A stretch of 64,000 nt of DNA. It comes from Promethearchaeota archaeon (lineage in GTDB: Archaea > Asgardarchaeota > Lokiarchaeia > Sigyniarchaeales > SOKP01). The translations under genes and the position numbers were made by a program. Where the stretch lies: assembly GCA_048938895.1 (NCBI GenBank), contig JBHLLU010000016.1, positions 1 through 64,000 on the forward strand, given 5' to 3'. Under the pieces are notes generated by a model. It saw only the letters and a list, made by a program, of their open reading frames with translations. It did no database searches and was not told where the DNA came from. The stretch's first letter is position 1, and each line of letters opens with the position of its first letter. This document shows positions 1 through 9,250 of the stretch, piece after piece.

Positions 1-2
1 TG

Positions 3-650
3 ATGGGAGAATTAGGCGTCATGGGTATCGAGGTTCACAAGCAGTATGATGTCTTTGATTGGGTCATGTACAAACTTAACGCTAGTAAACGGAGAAGACG
101 GCTTGAACATACTGCAAGAAATTATATTCCTATGGATATCGGTGGGGAGGCCGTCTGGAACATGGGAAGTTATCTTGAGTGTCAAGAAAAAGGTTTTGAT
201 GGGTTTGTCCACATTTTTCCCTTTACTTGCATGCCAGAAATATCCCTCATGGGAATGTTAGAAGCTGAGAAAAATATGGACAAGTTTTACATGCCCCATA
301 TTCATATTAGTCTTGATGGGAGTTCTGGTTTTGAAGGACTTAGAACAAGAATCGAAGCATTTCATGATTTAATGGTTGGCAACAAGAAAACTAATCCCTT
401 GTTTAGAGATGCCAAGTATGTGGTCCCGGATGAAATAAAAAATATATATTTTAAGCCGAAATCCAATTTTGAATATTTCGTGTCTAGTATTCAAACACCA
501 ATGTCAAAAGTTTTAACAATGCTAAATCCAACCAAGAAATTAGATGTAGGATTCGCTGTTAAGAATGGACTCGAGTTTTTTTCAAGAAATTCGATTTTTG
601 GTATCAGATCTCTTTTAAATTCTGCCAGATCCCACGAAACACAGCCCTGA
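3..650 (+). CDS. PlsR-like / 2-hydroxyacyl-CoA dehydratase-type reductase subunit (5'-truncated by window edge)
   Basis: Clear paralog of the C-terminal half of 975..2162 (LGxMGxEvH, PMDIGGE, GFDGFVH.PFTCMPE, DxxSGxEGxRTRxEAF). The frame is open from the window start. Confidence 0.7.
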   Translation: MGELGVMGIEVHKQYDVFDWVMYKLNASKRRRRLEHTARNYIPMDIGGEAVWNMGSYLECQEKGFDGFVHIFPFTCMPEISLMGMLEAEKNMDKFYMPHIHISLDGSSGFEGLRTRIEAFHDLMVGNKKTNPLFRDAKYVVPDEIKNIYFKPKSNFEYFVSSIQTPMSKVLTMLNPTKKLDVGFAVKNGLEFFSRNSIFGIRSLLNSARSHETQP

Positions 651-974
651 GTTCGTCTGTTTTCGCCTCAAAACTACCTTGGGAACTAAGTAAAAAGCTA
701 ATAACATTTTTTTATAGACAAAATGAGAAATACCTAGTTAGCATTTTTAGAGTTTTATAGTTAGATTAAATAAAATGTAATACCGATAAAAATTATTAAT
801 TAAAACTAAGATTTTTAATAAGGAAAATCATACTTTTGATATTTGGTTTTAAATAGGTATATTTTTATTTTTTGCTTTGTTATTTAAACAATAGTTTATT
901 TAAATAACTGTCGATTATAATCATTCATTAGTTAATTAATACGTGTTATGAAGATTTAAGGAGTTCTAAGACAT

Positions 975-2162
975 ATGATCCTCTCATTCCCGAATATGGG
1001 TCCCAATGTTGTGGCTTTCAAGGCGTTATTCGAACAACTTGATATAGATGTTGTCTTACCTGACCCCACTAATCGAGAAGCTATTAAAATCGGAGTAAAA
1101 TATAGCCCTGAGTTTGTATGTTTTCCATTTAAAGCAACTTTAGGAGATTTTGTCAGTGCTATAAAAAAGGGAGCAGATACATTAATCATGGCAATTGATT
1201 GTGGACCATGTCGATTTGGATTTTATCATGCAGTACAAGAACGCCTTTTACATGATATGGGATATAAAGATGTGAATGTAATACCCCTGGATCAGGCTGA
1301 TCTACTCGAGTTTCATTGGGTCAAAACTCTACAAGAATTAAGTGGAAGAAGTGATTTGTTTTCTTATCCAAAATTCGTAAAAGCGGTCATTTTTTTCTTG
1401 AAAAAAGCTAAATTATTAAATGATATTCAAACCGCAGAAGGGTTATTCCGTGCATATGAACGAAATCAAGGAGATACTACAAAGATTGTAAAAACTCTGC
1501 ACAAAAAGCTTGATGAAACAAATAAACTCGCAGAATTAAGAAGATTTAAGAGTGTAATTAAAGAAGATTTCAATACTATCGATGTGGATAGAACCAGAAG
1601 TCCTCTCCGAGTTGGTCTTTCAGGAGAGATTCATATTAGTTTAGAACCCTATGTAAATCTCGATATACGGCGCAAGTTAGGGGAAATGGGTGTGGAAATT
1701 CATCAATCTATGAGTCTTTATGATTGGGTTGTCCATAAGTTTCATCTAAATTATCATAGAAAATGGCTAATGTATTTATCCCATGATTACCTCCCTATGG
1801 ATATAGGAGGTGAATGTGTCTGGGTACTTGGGGAATATATTGATAAGGCTAAAGCAGGATTCGATGGTTTTGTCCATGAGTATCCGTTCACTTGCATGCC
1901 AGAAGTAACGGCAAGGACAATCATTACCAATAAACTTAAAGGAATTTATGATTTACCCATTATATACTTTTCATTTGATGAGCATTCTGGAATGGAGGGC
2001 TTCCGTACGCGATTAGAAGCATTTGTGGATTTAATGAATGACAGAAGGAATCAGGAAATAAAGACAAATACTGAATTCCAAGCAAATGGAAATAAAAAAA
2101 TATATCCGCATTATGGGGATAATTTTTATAATGAATGTTCCAAATTATTACTAACGCAGTAA
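975..2162 (+). CDS. PlsR-like / CoA-activase-associated Fe-S reductase/dehydratase subunit
   Basis: Three-Cys pattern SPEFVCFPFK, GPCRFGFY, PFTCMPE. AGGAG Shine-Dalgarno upstream; adjacent to an activase. Confidence 0.75.
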   Translation: MILSFPNMGPNVVAFKALFEQLDIDVVLPDPTNREAIKIGVKYSPEFVCFPFKATLGDFVSAIKKGADTLIMAIDCGPCRFGFYHAVQERLLHDMGYKDVNVIPLDQADLLEFHWVKTLQELSGRSDLFSYPKFVKAVIFFLKKAKLLNDIQTAEGLFRAYERNQGDTTKIVKTLHKKLDETNKLAELRRFKSVIKEDFNTIDVDRTRSPLRVGLSGEIHISLEPYVNLDIRRKLGEMGVEIHQSMSLYDWVVHKFHLNYHRKWLMYLSHDYLPMDIGGECVWVLGEYIDKAKAGFDGFVHEYPFTCMPEVTARTIITNKLKGIYDLPIIYFSFDEHSGMEGFRTRLEAFVDLMNDRRNQEIKTNTEFQANGNKKIYPHYGDNFYNECSKLLLTQ

Positions 2163-2173
2163 AGGTAAATTAA

Positions 2174-3196
2174 ATGGTAGAAGTTTCAGATAAAACCGTA
2201 GAAAGTGAAGGAAAGCTAGATGCTTTTCTTGGAATTGATATTGGGAGTGTAACTTGTAAGTTTGTTTTAATGGATATGGATGGTAACGTACTTACAAGCG
2301 TATTTTTGCGAAATAGGGGTTCTCCTATTGAATCTGCTAAAGCAGGTATGGAGAATTTAAGAAAGAAAGTCGAAGAAAGCGAAGAATTACAAACTTATAC
2401 TATTCGAAGCTGTGGAACTACAGGTTCCGCGAGATATTTAACAAAAGCAATTGTTGGAGGAGATCTTGCTAAAACTGAGATTATTGCTCATGCTGTTGCT
2501 GCTCAGGCACTATATCCCGATGTAAGAACGATCTTGGAAATAGGGGGACAAGATTCTAAAATCATAATTCTTAGAGATGGAATAATTGTTGATTTTGCTA
2601 TGAATTCAGTGTGTGCTGCAGGCACAGGTTCTTTTTTAGACCATCAGGCAACAAGATTGGGGATCCCTATTGAAGAATTTGGAAGTTATGCCGTTAAATC
2701 GAAAAATCCAGTAAGTATTGCAGGAAGATGTACAGTATTTGCAGAATCAGATATGATTCATAAACAAAATGCAGGTTATTCTAAAGAAGATATTATTGCA
2801 GGATTATGTGATTCACTCGTTAGAAATTATATGAATAATTTATCAAAAGGAAAAGAACTGGCAGAACCCGTGGTTTTTCAAGGCGGAGTATCCTATAATA
2901 AGGGGATAGTCCAGGCGTTTGAAAGACATCTGGAATGTAAAGTAATTGTTCCTAAGTATAATGTTCTAATGGGTGCCTTAGGAATGGCAATCTTAGTCAG
3001 AGATTATTACCTTGATCATCAAAAAGAGACTTTGTTTCGAGGTCTTCATGTAGGTGATCTAGAGTTCAAAACCTCGGCTTTTCCATGTGGAGATTGCCCA
3101 AATAATTGTGAAATTGTTCAAGTTAAGATGCCTCAGGATGAAAATAAAGTAATAGCTCGATGGGGTAGTAGATGCGGAAAGTGGGAGGTATTTTAA
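2174..3196 (+). CDS. Acyl-CoA dehydratase activase (BadF/BadG/BcrA/BcrD ASKHA ATPase, [4Fe-4S])
   Basis: GIDIGSVTCK, EIGGQDSK, MNSVCAAGTGSFLD, AGRCTVFAESD and QGGV motifs; C-terminal CxxCxNxC...GSRC. Confidence 0.92.
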   Translation: MVEVSDKTVESEGKLDAFLGIDIGSVTCKFVLMDMDGNVLTSVFLRNRGSPIESAKAGMENLRKKVEESEELQTYTIRSCGTTGSARYLTKAIVGGDLAKTEIIAHAVAAQALYPDVRTILEIGGQDSKIIILRDGIIVDFAMNSVCAAGTGSFLDHQATRLGIPIEEFGSYAVKSKNPVSIAGRCTVFAESDMIHKQNAGYSKEDIIAGLCDSLVRNYMNNLSKGKELAEPVVFQGGVSYNKGIVQAFERHLECKVIVPKYNVLMGALGMAILVRDYYLDHQKETLFRGLHVGDLEFKTSAFPCGDCPNNCEIVQVKMPQDENKVIARWGSRCGKWEVF

Positions 3197-3200
3197 AAAA

Positions 3201-3395
3201 ATGACAGAGTTCTTGAAACAACTAAAAGAATTGGGAGAAGAATTTCTCGAAACATTAAGACATAAAACTAAATTAAGTACAATTTTTGACCTTTATACTG
3301 AGAAAGTTATTCCAACTTTCGTATCTGAAAAGGAGTTAAAAGAATATTACGAAAAACGAATGGAAGAAGTGAATGATTTTATAGATAAGTTATAA
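3201..3395 (+). CDS. Small helical hypothetical protein (64 aa) within the activase operon
   Basis: Starts 4 bp after the activase stop, GGAGG upstream, amphipathic charged helices. Confidence 0.6.
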   Translation: MTEFLKQLKELGEEFLETLRHKTKLSTIFDLYTEKVIPTFVSEKELKEYYEKRMEEVNDFIDKL

Positions 3396-3419
3396 AATAA
3401 TGTAAGGTGAAATTAAATT

Positions 3420-4112
3420 ATGGTTGAAGATCAAGTTATTCAAGAGGAATCAGATAAATTAAATCCAAAAGTTATAGCTACTGATGTCTTATACGGAGCA
3501 GTAAAAGGCTTGAGTGGACTATTCTTTCAAGCATTTATGAATTTAAGAATTGAAGGAAAAGAAAATGTACCAATAAGAGGAAAGGCGATTCTAACTACCA
3601 TAGCAGGAGATATTATACGAGATATGTTAATCCTCAGCCAGGTGACTGGTCGTAAAGTACATTTTATGATTGACCCAAAAATGATGAAGCATCAAATATT
3701 AGGCCCAGTTCTTAAAAGCCTTGGTATGATTCGAGGGACTGAAAGTAAAGAGGACACTGAGCCTATTGAGAAGATTTTTGACATTTTAAACAATCAGGGT
3801 GACCTTGTTGGGATGACTCCCGAAGGAAAACGTGATCGGGAAGTACAGGTGAAATCTATGGCAGCAATAATTAAATTTGCAATTGCTACAGATTCCCCAA
3901 TAATTCCAATAGCTATCATTCACGATAAGGCAAAAATATTGAATATGTTTACAGGCAATGCTATTAAAGTGAGAGTAGGCACTCCTCTTCAAATTGAAAA
4001 AAGGTTAAATCGTGAAAAATACCGTGCTGAAAGATATGAACTCGCTGAAGATATAATCAATATAATCGACAAACTTGGAGAAATTCCTGAAATAGAAGGA
4101 GATTTAGAATAA
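3420..4112 (+). CDS. PlsC-like lysophospholipid acyltransferase family protein with degenerate catalytic motif
   Basis: RIEGKENVP.RG, MTPEG.R, PIIPIAI and VRVGTPL blocks are typical of LPLAT, but NHxxxxD is replaced by TIAGDIIRD. AGGTGA SD. Confidence 0.75.
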   Translation: MVEDQVIQEESDKLNPKVIATDVLYGAVKGLSGLFFQAFMNLRIEGKENVPIRGKAILTTIAGDIIRDMLILSQVTGRKVHFMIDPKMMKHQILGPVLKSLGMIRGTESKEDTEPIEKIFDILNNQGDLVGMTPEGKRDREVQVKSMAAIIKFAIATDSPIIPIAIIHDKAKILNMFTGNAIKVRVGTPLQIEKRLNREKYRAERYELAEDIINIIDKLGEIPEIEGDLE

Positions 4113-4172
4113 ATTATCATATTTTCCATCAATTATTTTATTGTTTGAAGGGTTATTTTGGATTTTAATGAT

Positions 4173-5141
4173 TTAGATAAAGAAAAGATTCAATATTAAA
4201 AAAGCTGTTAGTATAACAGTTAATAGTATTCCATCTTTTCGATTCATGGCTTTTTTCTTTGAAATCAAGTTAAAATATATAATAACAGTTAGTAGAATCA
4301 ACCAATTCCAAAATATTACCCATAAAAATTTGAAATTCATAATAATAATAGCGCTAATTCCGAAAGTCAAAGTTAAGTTCCATATAACTTTTCCAATCAT
4401 TCCCCCCAAACCAATTTCGACACTTTTCTTTTTTATTGATTTAAAAACAAGTGTTATTTCTTCGACATTAGTTACAAACGCAATTATAACAAGCCCAAAA
4501 AATGTTTCAGGTATGTTAGTCGCTATTATAATTTGTCTTGCTGAATAAATTAACAATTCTCCACCAAGAAATATAAAAAAAAAGCTTAGGAGAATATAAA
4601 TTAATATTCTCAATCTTGATTCTTTTGCTATTGCGGTTGTTTGACTATCAGAAATTACCAATTCTTCCATTGGTGCATTCTCCACAATGTTATCTTTAGA
4701 TATTTGTTTTATATTCCTAAAAGTATAGATAAAATAAAGAATGATAACCATAATTCCGATTATGAATAAACCAAAATTAATCAGGATCCCGATGAGAATT
4801 AGAATAAGAGAAATATAAAGTAAGGAGAAATAAAATTGATGGATAGATTTAATATGGATTTGATAAAAATAAGCAGGGATAGCAAAACTTATAGTTAATG
4901 CAATTATAGAATTCCCAATAACATTTCCTACTGCTATATAAGAAAGATCATTAATCGCAGCAACAATTGAAGCAATAGATTCTTCGGGATCAATACCTAT
5001 GATTAACATGCCAATAATGAAAGGAGATATTCTATAAATAATGCATAAATCTTTTAAATTGTCCAAAAAGATATCTGCAGAAAAATATATCGTTAAATAT
5101 CCAACAATGAATAATACAATCCACAAAATAATAACATTCAT
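4173..5141 (-). CDS. Sodium:calcium antiporter (CaCA/YrbG family)
   Basis: About 10 TM; alpha-1 repeat GIDPEE...GNVIGNS and alpha-2 repeat TNVEE...GGMIG. Confidence 0.85.
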   Translation of the reverse strand: MNVIILWIVLFIVGYLTIYFSADIFLDNLKDLCIIYRISPFIIGMLIIGIDPEESIASIVAAINDLSYIAVGNVIGNSIIALTISFAIPAYFYQIHIKSIHQFYFSLLYISLILILIGILINFGLFIIGIMVIILYFIYTFRNIKQISKDNIVENAPMEELVISDSQTTAIAKESRLRILIYILLSFFFIFLGGELLIYSARQIIIATNIPETFFGLVIIAFVTNVEEITLVFKSIKKKSVEIGLGGMIGKVIWNLTLTFGISAIIIMNFKFLWVIFWNWLILLTVIIYFNLISKKKAMNRKDGILLTVILTAFLILNLFFI

Positions 5142-5147
5142 TTTAAA

Positions 5148-5753
5148 TTATGCTTTTTTATTCCAATGGATAAATATTTGGAATTTAAAACTTTTACCTT
5201 TATATTCACCGTCACTAATTGCGGAAAACTCAAATCCGTTATGCTCATGCCAATAAACAGAAGCTTTATTGAAAATAGGTTGCTCTACTATAAAAGCAAC
5301 TATAGGAGTATTAATTTTTTGTAAGGCTTCTTGAATAATTTTAGTACCAATCCCTTTACGCTTAAATTGAGGCAAAATACTAATCTGGTCTAAGTATGCA
5401 AACTCTGTTTTTTCATTAAGGAGTAAATCTTTCGTTTTATTATTTTCGAAGGAGAGATTTCCAATAACATCTCGTACTTTAACTATATTATACTTTTTCA
5501 TGTGGATGCTAGCAAATCCAATAATCTTCCCTTCATCACTTACAGCAATGTAGATATCGATGTCCCGATCCGCAATCAACTTTTTATAATAATCAATGTC
5601 GACTTCTTTTCTTAAAAAACCTTCTTCTTCTAACTTCTTTCGTTCTTGTTTTGAGATTTCATCGACATCCCTAATTTCAAACAGATTTTGCTTAAGGGCA
5701 TTAAGAATTCCTTCAGTGTCTTCTTCAGTAGCAATTTTAATTTCTGATTTCAA
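5148..5753 (-). CDS. GNAT family N-acetyltransferase
   Basis: Acetyl-CoA motif LDQISILPQFKRKGIGT and N..S..WHE.NGF; TTG start. Confidence 0.85.
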   Translation of the reverse strand: MKSEIKIATEEDTEGILNALKQNLFEIRDVDEISKQERKKLEEEGFLRKEVDIDYYKKLIADRDIDIYIAVSDEGKIIGFASIHMKKYNIVKVRDVIGNLSFENNKTKDLLLNEKTEFAYLDQISILPQFKRKGIGTKIIQEALQKINTPIVAFIVEQPIFNKASVYWHEHNGFEFSAISDGEYKGKSFKFQIFIHWNKKA

Positions 5754-5991
5754 AAAATAACCTTTGTTTAATATTTTTAGAACTTAATAAAAATAGAATA
5801 TTTGATACTAATATAATTCCTGTTATTTCATTAATTATCTTATATTAAGGTAGATTTAGTAGATTAGATTAATATCTAAATTTGATAGATTGAAATAAAT
5901 TAGATCCTAACTCCTTAATTTTTATAAAAAATAAGAATATTTTAAATTTCTAAGAGACATAGAATGTATTATAACTAATTAAGGGATATTT

Positions 5992-7398
5992 ATGGCGCTT
6001 TCAACTCCAAGTGATGAATATACATTTAAAGTGACTCTTGTTTTCTGGAAATTTTATGAAATAGGTAAGTATTTCGAATTACCCGAATTAAGAAGATTTC
6101 TCCAGGGAGAGGGAAAATTAAAAATCTATGAGCAATACCATTGCCAATTATCACATCCAATTACAGGAGAAAAATGCCATCAACCGTTGAAATGGATTTC
6201 AAGCCAGTCTCACAACTATGCTCCTGTCTGTTATAAAATTGGTAAATCAGAACGATTTTCCTGTCTTACGAACCCAAATATTGTAGGAAAAATCCGATTG
6301 GAGGGTCATATTCACTATGGATCAGTTTTAGTAATTCATTGTGAATTAGTATTCGATAATTATCATCCCATCGAAGATTTTATTGAAATCTCGCAACCAG
6401 AAAATATTATCCTTGCAAGTACTTCAAAACCCATAACAGAAAGATTTATTGAAATACGAGATGAAGTGATGGAGGTTCTTTCTAAAGGAAATTTCGCTGA
6501 TAAACCAAAACTTGAATCGGTATTGGAGCCCTGGCACCACACATGGATTTTGTGGGACGCACAGCCAGATTTCAACCGTTCAGATTATCGTTTTACAGGA
6601 GATAAAATTGGAAAAAATGCTCATTATTCAATTGGGCTTACATTAAGAACTGATAAATATCGTGAATTAGATCCCGTAGCATATAGAGACCAAATCAATC
6701 TTAAGAATTTAAGCCCTTATAAGGATGAATTTGTGATGATCACCCACGCAGGGAATGTCATCATCCCCGGATCAGGACTACTTGATCCTGACGCTATGAA
6801 GAACTTGTTCATCGACACATTATTCGCTCCTGAAGTAGGAAATGTACAAAGGTTTCTGATCTTGATGCATATGGAAAATATCCTAGTTGTTGCTGAAAAA
6901 TTTGATAGAATATTGTCAGAAACAAGAGCAATGGAAGAAGATTTAACTTTAAATGAAAAGATTGATAGGCTTGAAGCATTAGAAACCGAACTAAATAGAA
7001 TCATATTAGAATTAAATAAAGATGTAATAATCTCAAAAATTACTCGTCTATTATTTACAAGTACGTTTAAAACGAGTATGTTCAATGAACAAATCGACAA
7101 ATTGGATGGATTTAAATTTTCAAGAGCAACTGATGATGTTATTGCAAGAATTAGGAAAACTCTAAATAGACAAAGAAATACTCTAAATACGAAATCATCA
7201 GCAATAGAAAACAAATTCTTAGCGATACTTAATTATCTTGCAGTATTCGAAATTGCTATTTTGGTTATCTCTTTAGCATTAGGCGATTTAATCGGGCAAG
7301 AATTTTCCCCAGTTGTAGGGGTGATTCAAATAGTTATCGCATTTTGTGTTGTAATCATTGCATTTGCTATATATAGATGGCAGGCGAAAAAATTATAG
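5992..7398 (+). CDS. Hypothetical membrane protein with CorA-like architecture (soluble domain, long helices, two C-terminal TMs)
   Basis: 468-aa ORF with a coiled stalk followed by two TM segments. No GMN motif. Confidence 0.5.
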   Translation: MALSTPSDEYTFKVTLVFWKFYEIGKYFELPELRRFLQGEGKLKIYEQYHCQLSHPITGEKCHQPLKWISSQSHNYAPVCYKIGKSERFSCLTNPNIVGKIRLEGHIHYGSVLVIHCELVFDNYHPIEDFIEISQPENIILASTSKPITERFIEIRDEVMEVLSKGNFADKPKLESVLEPWHHTWILWDAQPDFNRSDYRFTGDKIGKNAHYSIGLTLRTDKYRELDPVAYRDQINLKNLSPYKDEFVMITHAGNVIIPGSGLLDPDAMKNLFIDTLFAPEVGNVQRFLILMHMENILVVAEKFDRILSETRAMEEDLTLNEKIDRLEALETELNRIILELNKDVIISKITRLLFTSTFKTSMFNEQIDKLDGFKFSRATDDVIARIRKTLNRQRNTLNTKSSAIENKFLAILNYLAVFEIAILVISLALGDLIGQEFSPVVGVIQIVIAFCVVIIAFAIYRWQAKKL

Positions 7399-7446
7399 TA
7401 AGTAGTTAACTTTTATTGTTTGTAAATTAAAAAAAAATGTATTATC

Positions 7447-8595
7447 ATGGTTGATTTCGTAAAATTACAAGGAAATCACGCTGAAAGAGGCTTTCAACAG
7501 GGAGATATTCTAAAAGATAAAATCCATTATATGTTTGAGGTTGTCTTTCATTCAAAGATGTTTTCAGAAGTGACATCCAAATTAGTTCCCCTCTCAATCA
7601 TAAAATTTGCTTTAGGAATCATGGGCAAGAGGAATATAAGAAAGCCTCTGAAAGAAGAACTCCCAAACCAGTATGAGAAAATGATTTCACTTGGAAAAGC
7701 GGCAGAAATAAACCAGAACATTTTATATGGCTCTCATTACATAGAAGTAATGTCTGGAGATCCGAAATCGATATATAAAAATCCGCCAGTTCAAGCTTGC
7801 TCCATGTTATTTGCCCTTTCAAATGCCACTGAAGATAATTCATTAATTTTTGGTCGAAATTATGATTTTCCTAATGTTTTACAACCATTCCAAGTTGTTC
7901 GAGAAGAATCTCCTGAGGAAGGATATAAAAATATAAATTTTACCCAATATCCACTTACAGGATGTCATATGGGATTAAATGAGAGAGGGTTAGCAATTGG
8001 TTACAATTATGGACGTTCTTGGAAAAAAGAACCACTTGATTTTAGATTAAGAGGTGTTCCTGGGAGTTTTATAGTCCAAGAGGTATTAGAAACTTGTGCA
8101 TCAACTAAAGAGGCTCTTGATTATATAACGAAATTCCCTTCTCGTTCAAATGGATGTCATTATGGACTTATGGATGCTTCGGGGGATACATGTGTAATAG
8201 AAACTACATGCACTCGACATGCTATTCGTCACCCTGAAGAAGGAATTTTGGCTCATACAAACCATTACCAAACAGAGAAACTTAGAGATGCCAATCTACC
8301 TGAGTATGTACGATTTAAAATGGATGATATGGATATCTCTCCTATAGAATCTCCCATAAAACGCTATGAGAGAGAAATAAAACTACTTAAGGAAAAGAAA
8401 GGGGGGATTACCTTTGATACTTTTAAAGATATTTTAAGTGATCATGACAATAGAGACCCTGATGACTTTACAGTTTGCACACATGGATCTTCTGCAGGTA
8501 CATTAGGTTCGATAATAATCCTGCCCAATAAAAAGGAATTTTGGGTTACTGATAATTATCCTTGTAGTTCCTATTATGAGAAATTTAATTTATAA
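7447..8595 (+). CDS. Peptidase C45 / acyl-CoA:6-APA acyltransferase-like Ntn hydrolase
   Basis: Autocleavage site QA|CS, GRNYD, GLNERGL, HTNHY. Confidence 0.85.
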   Translation: MVDFVKLQGNHAERGFQQGDILKDKIHYMFEVVFHSKMFSEVTSKLVPLSIIKFALGIMGKRNIRKPLKEELPNQYEKMISLGKAAEINQNILYGSHYIEVMSGDPKSIYKNPPVQACSMLFALSNATEDNSLIFGRNYDFPNVLQPFQVVREESPEEGYKNINFTQYPLTGCHMGLNERGLAIGYNYGRSWKKEPLDFRLRGVPGSFIVQEVLETCASTKEALDYITKFPSRSNGCHYGLMDASGDTCVIETTCTRHAIRHPEEGILAHTNHYQTEKLRDANLPEYVRFKMDDMDISPIESPIKRYEREIKLLKEKKGGITFDTFKDILSDHDNRDPDDFTVCTHGSSAGTLGSIIILPNKKEFWVTDNYPCSSYYEKFNL

Positions 8596-8619
8596 AAAAA
8601 GATAAACAAATTTAATTCT

Positions 8620-9108
8620 TTAATATCTTGTTCTGGTCGCTTGTATTCTGAGTTTTGCTTTAGTATTTTCTTTTTCGTCTTGCAGTATGACATACTGAGT
8701 TTTTGACGGCAGTTTGATCTCAAATTCTTGTTCAGCAACAGTGTGATCCTTTTTCAACGCATCTCTTTCCCGTAAAATGATAATAATCTTTTCTACTGCG
8801 GGTTGATCCACCCTAACTGTTTTAAATTGACTCCATAGAGACATATCTGCTCTTGATGTGAACTCTTGATTTCTCTGCAATTTAATAGTACCTTTATTAG
8901 GGAATCGCGCTTTGAAAAGCTTAGGTCCATCTACTTTGAAATAAAATTCTCCTCGCCATCCTAAGATATCATAATCTTTTAATGTCTTCAAACTCATTAA
9001 TTCGATACTAATAAAATAACGTTCTTTTTCTTCTCCTACTTGATCTTGGTCAAAAGATTGATCTTTCGCATGAGTCTTTTTCGATTTAGCATAATAACGT
9101 CGTGGAAT
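8620..9108 (-). CDS. C2-domain-like beta-sandwich protein; probable non-canonical ATT start at 9108 (first ATG at 8997)
   Basis: The frame stays open 37 codons upstream of the ATG, to an ATT 7 nt after an AAGGTG SD. Patterns LKDYDILG..GEFYFKV and IIIILRERD..KDH.V resemble C2 calcium-loop segments. Confidence 0.55.
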   Translation of the reverse strand: MPRRYYAKSKKTHAKDQSFDQDQVGEEKERYFISIELMSLKTLKDYDILGWRGEFYFKVDGPKLFKARFPNKGTIKLQRNQEFTSRADMSLWSQFKTVRVDQPAVEKIIIILRERDALKKDHTVAEQEFEIKLPSKTQYVILQDEKENTKAKLRIQATRTRY

Positions 9109-9250
9109 AAATATACACCTTAAGTTTTTTTATGAAAATCATGTTTTGAATTCTATATAGAGTCAAAATATTTATTTCTTTTTAGGATCATTATTAAAAA
9201 CTTAATAGTAGACAAGAAATAATTATTTAATTTTATATTCCCATATTTCT

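Noticed and set aside
5848-5906. Repeated TAGAT(T) words in the divergent intergenic region
   Set aside because: Irregular spacing and low complexity in very AT-rich DNA; cannot be distinguished from chance.
6717-7214. Antisense or overlapping ORFs in the track (e.g. 6717..7214, 4246..4548, 47571..47903, 54908..55219, 62536..62844)
   Set aside because: These are shadows of well-supported genes on the opposite strand or frame, with Ser/Ile/Phe-biased composition and no motifs.
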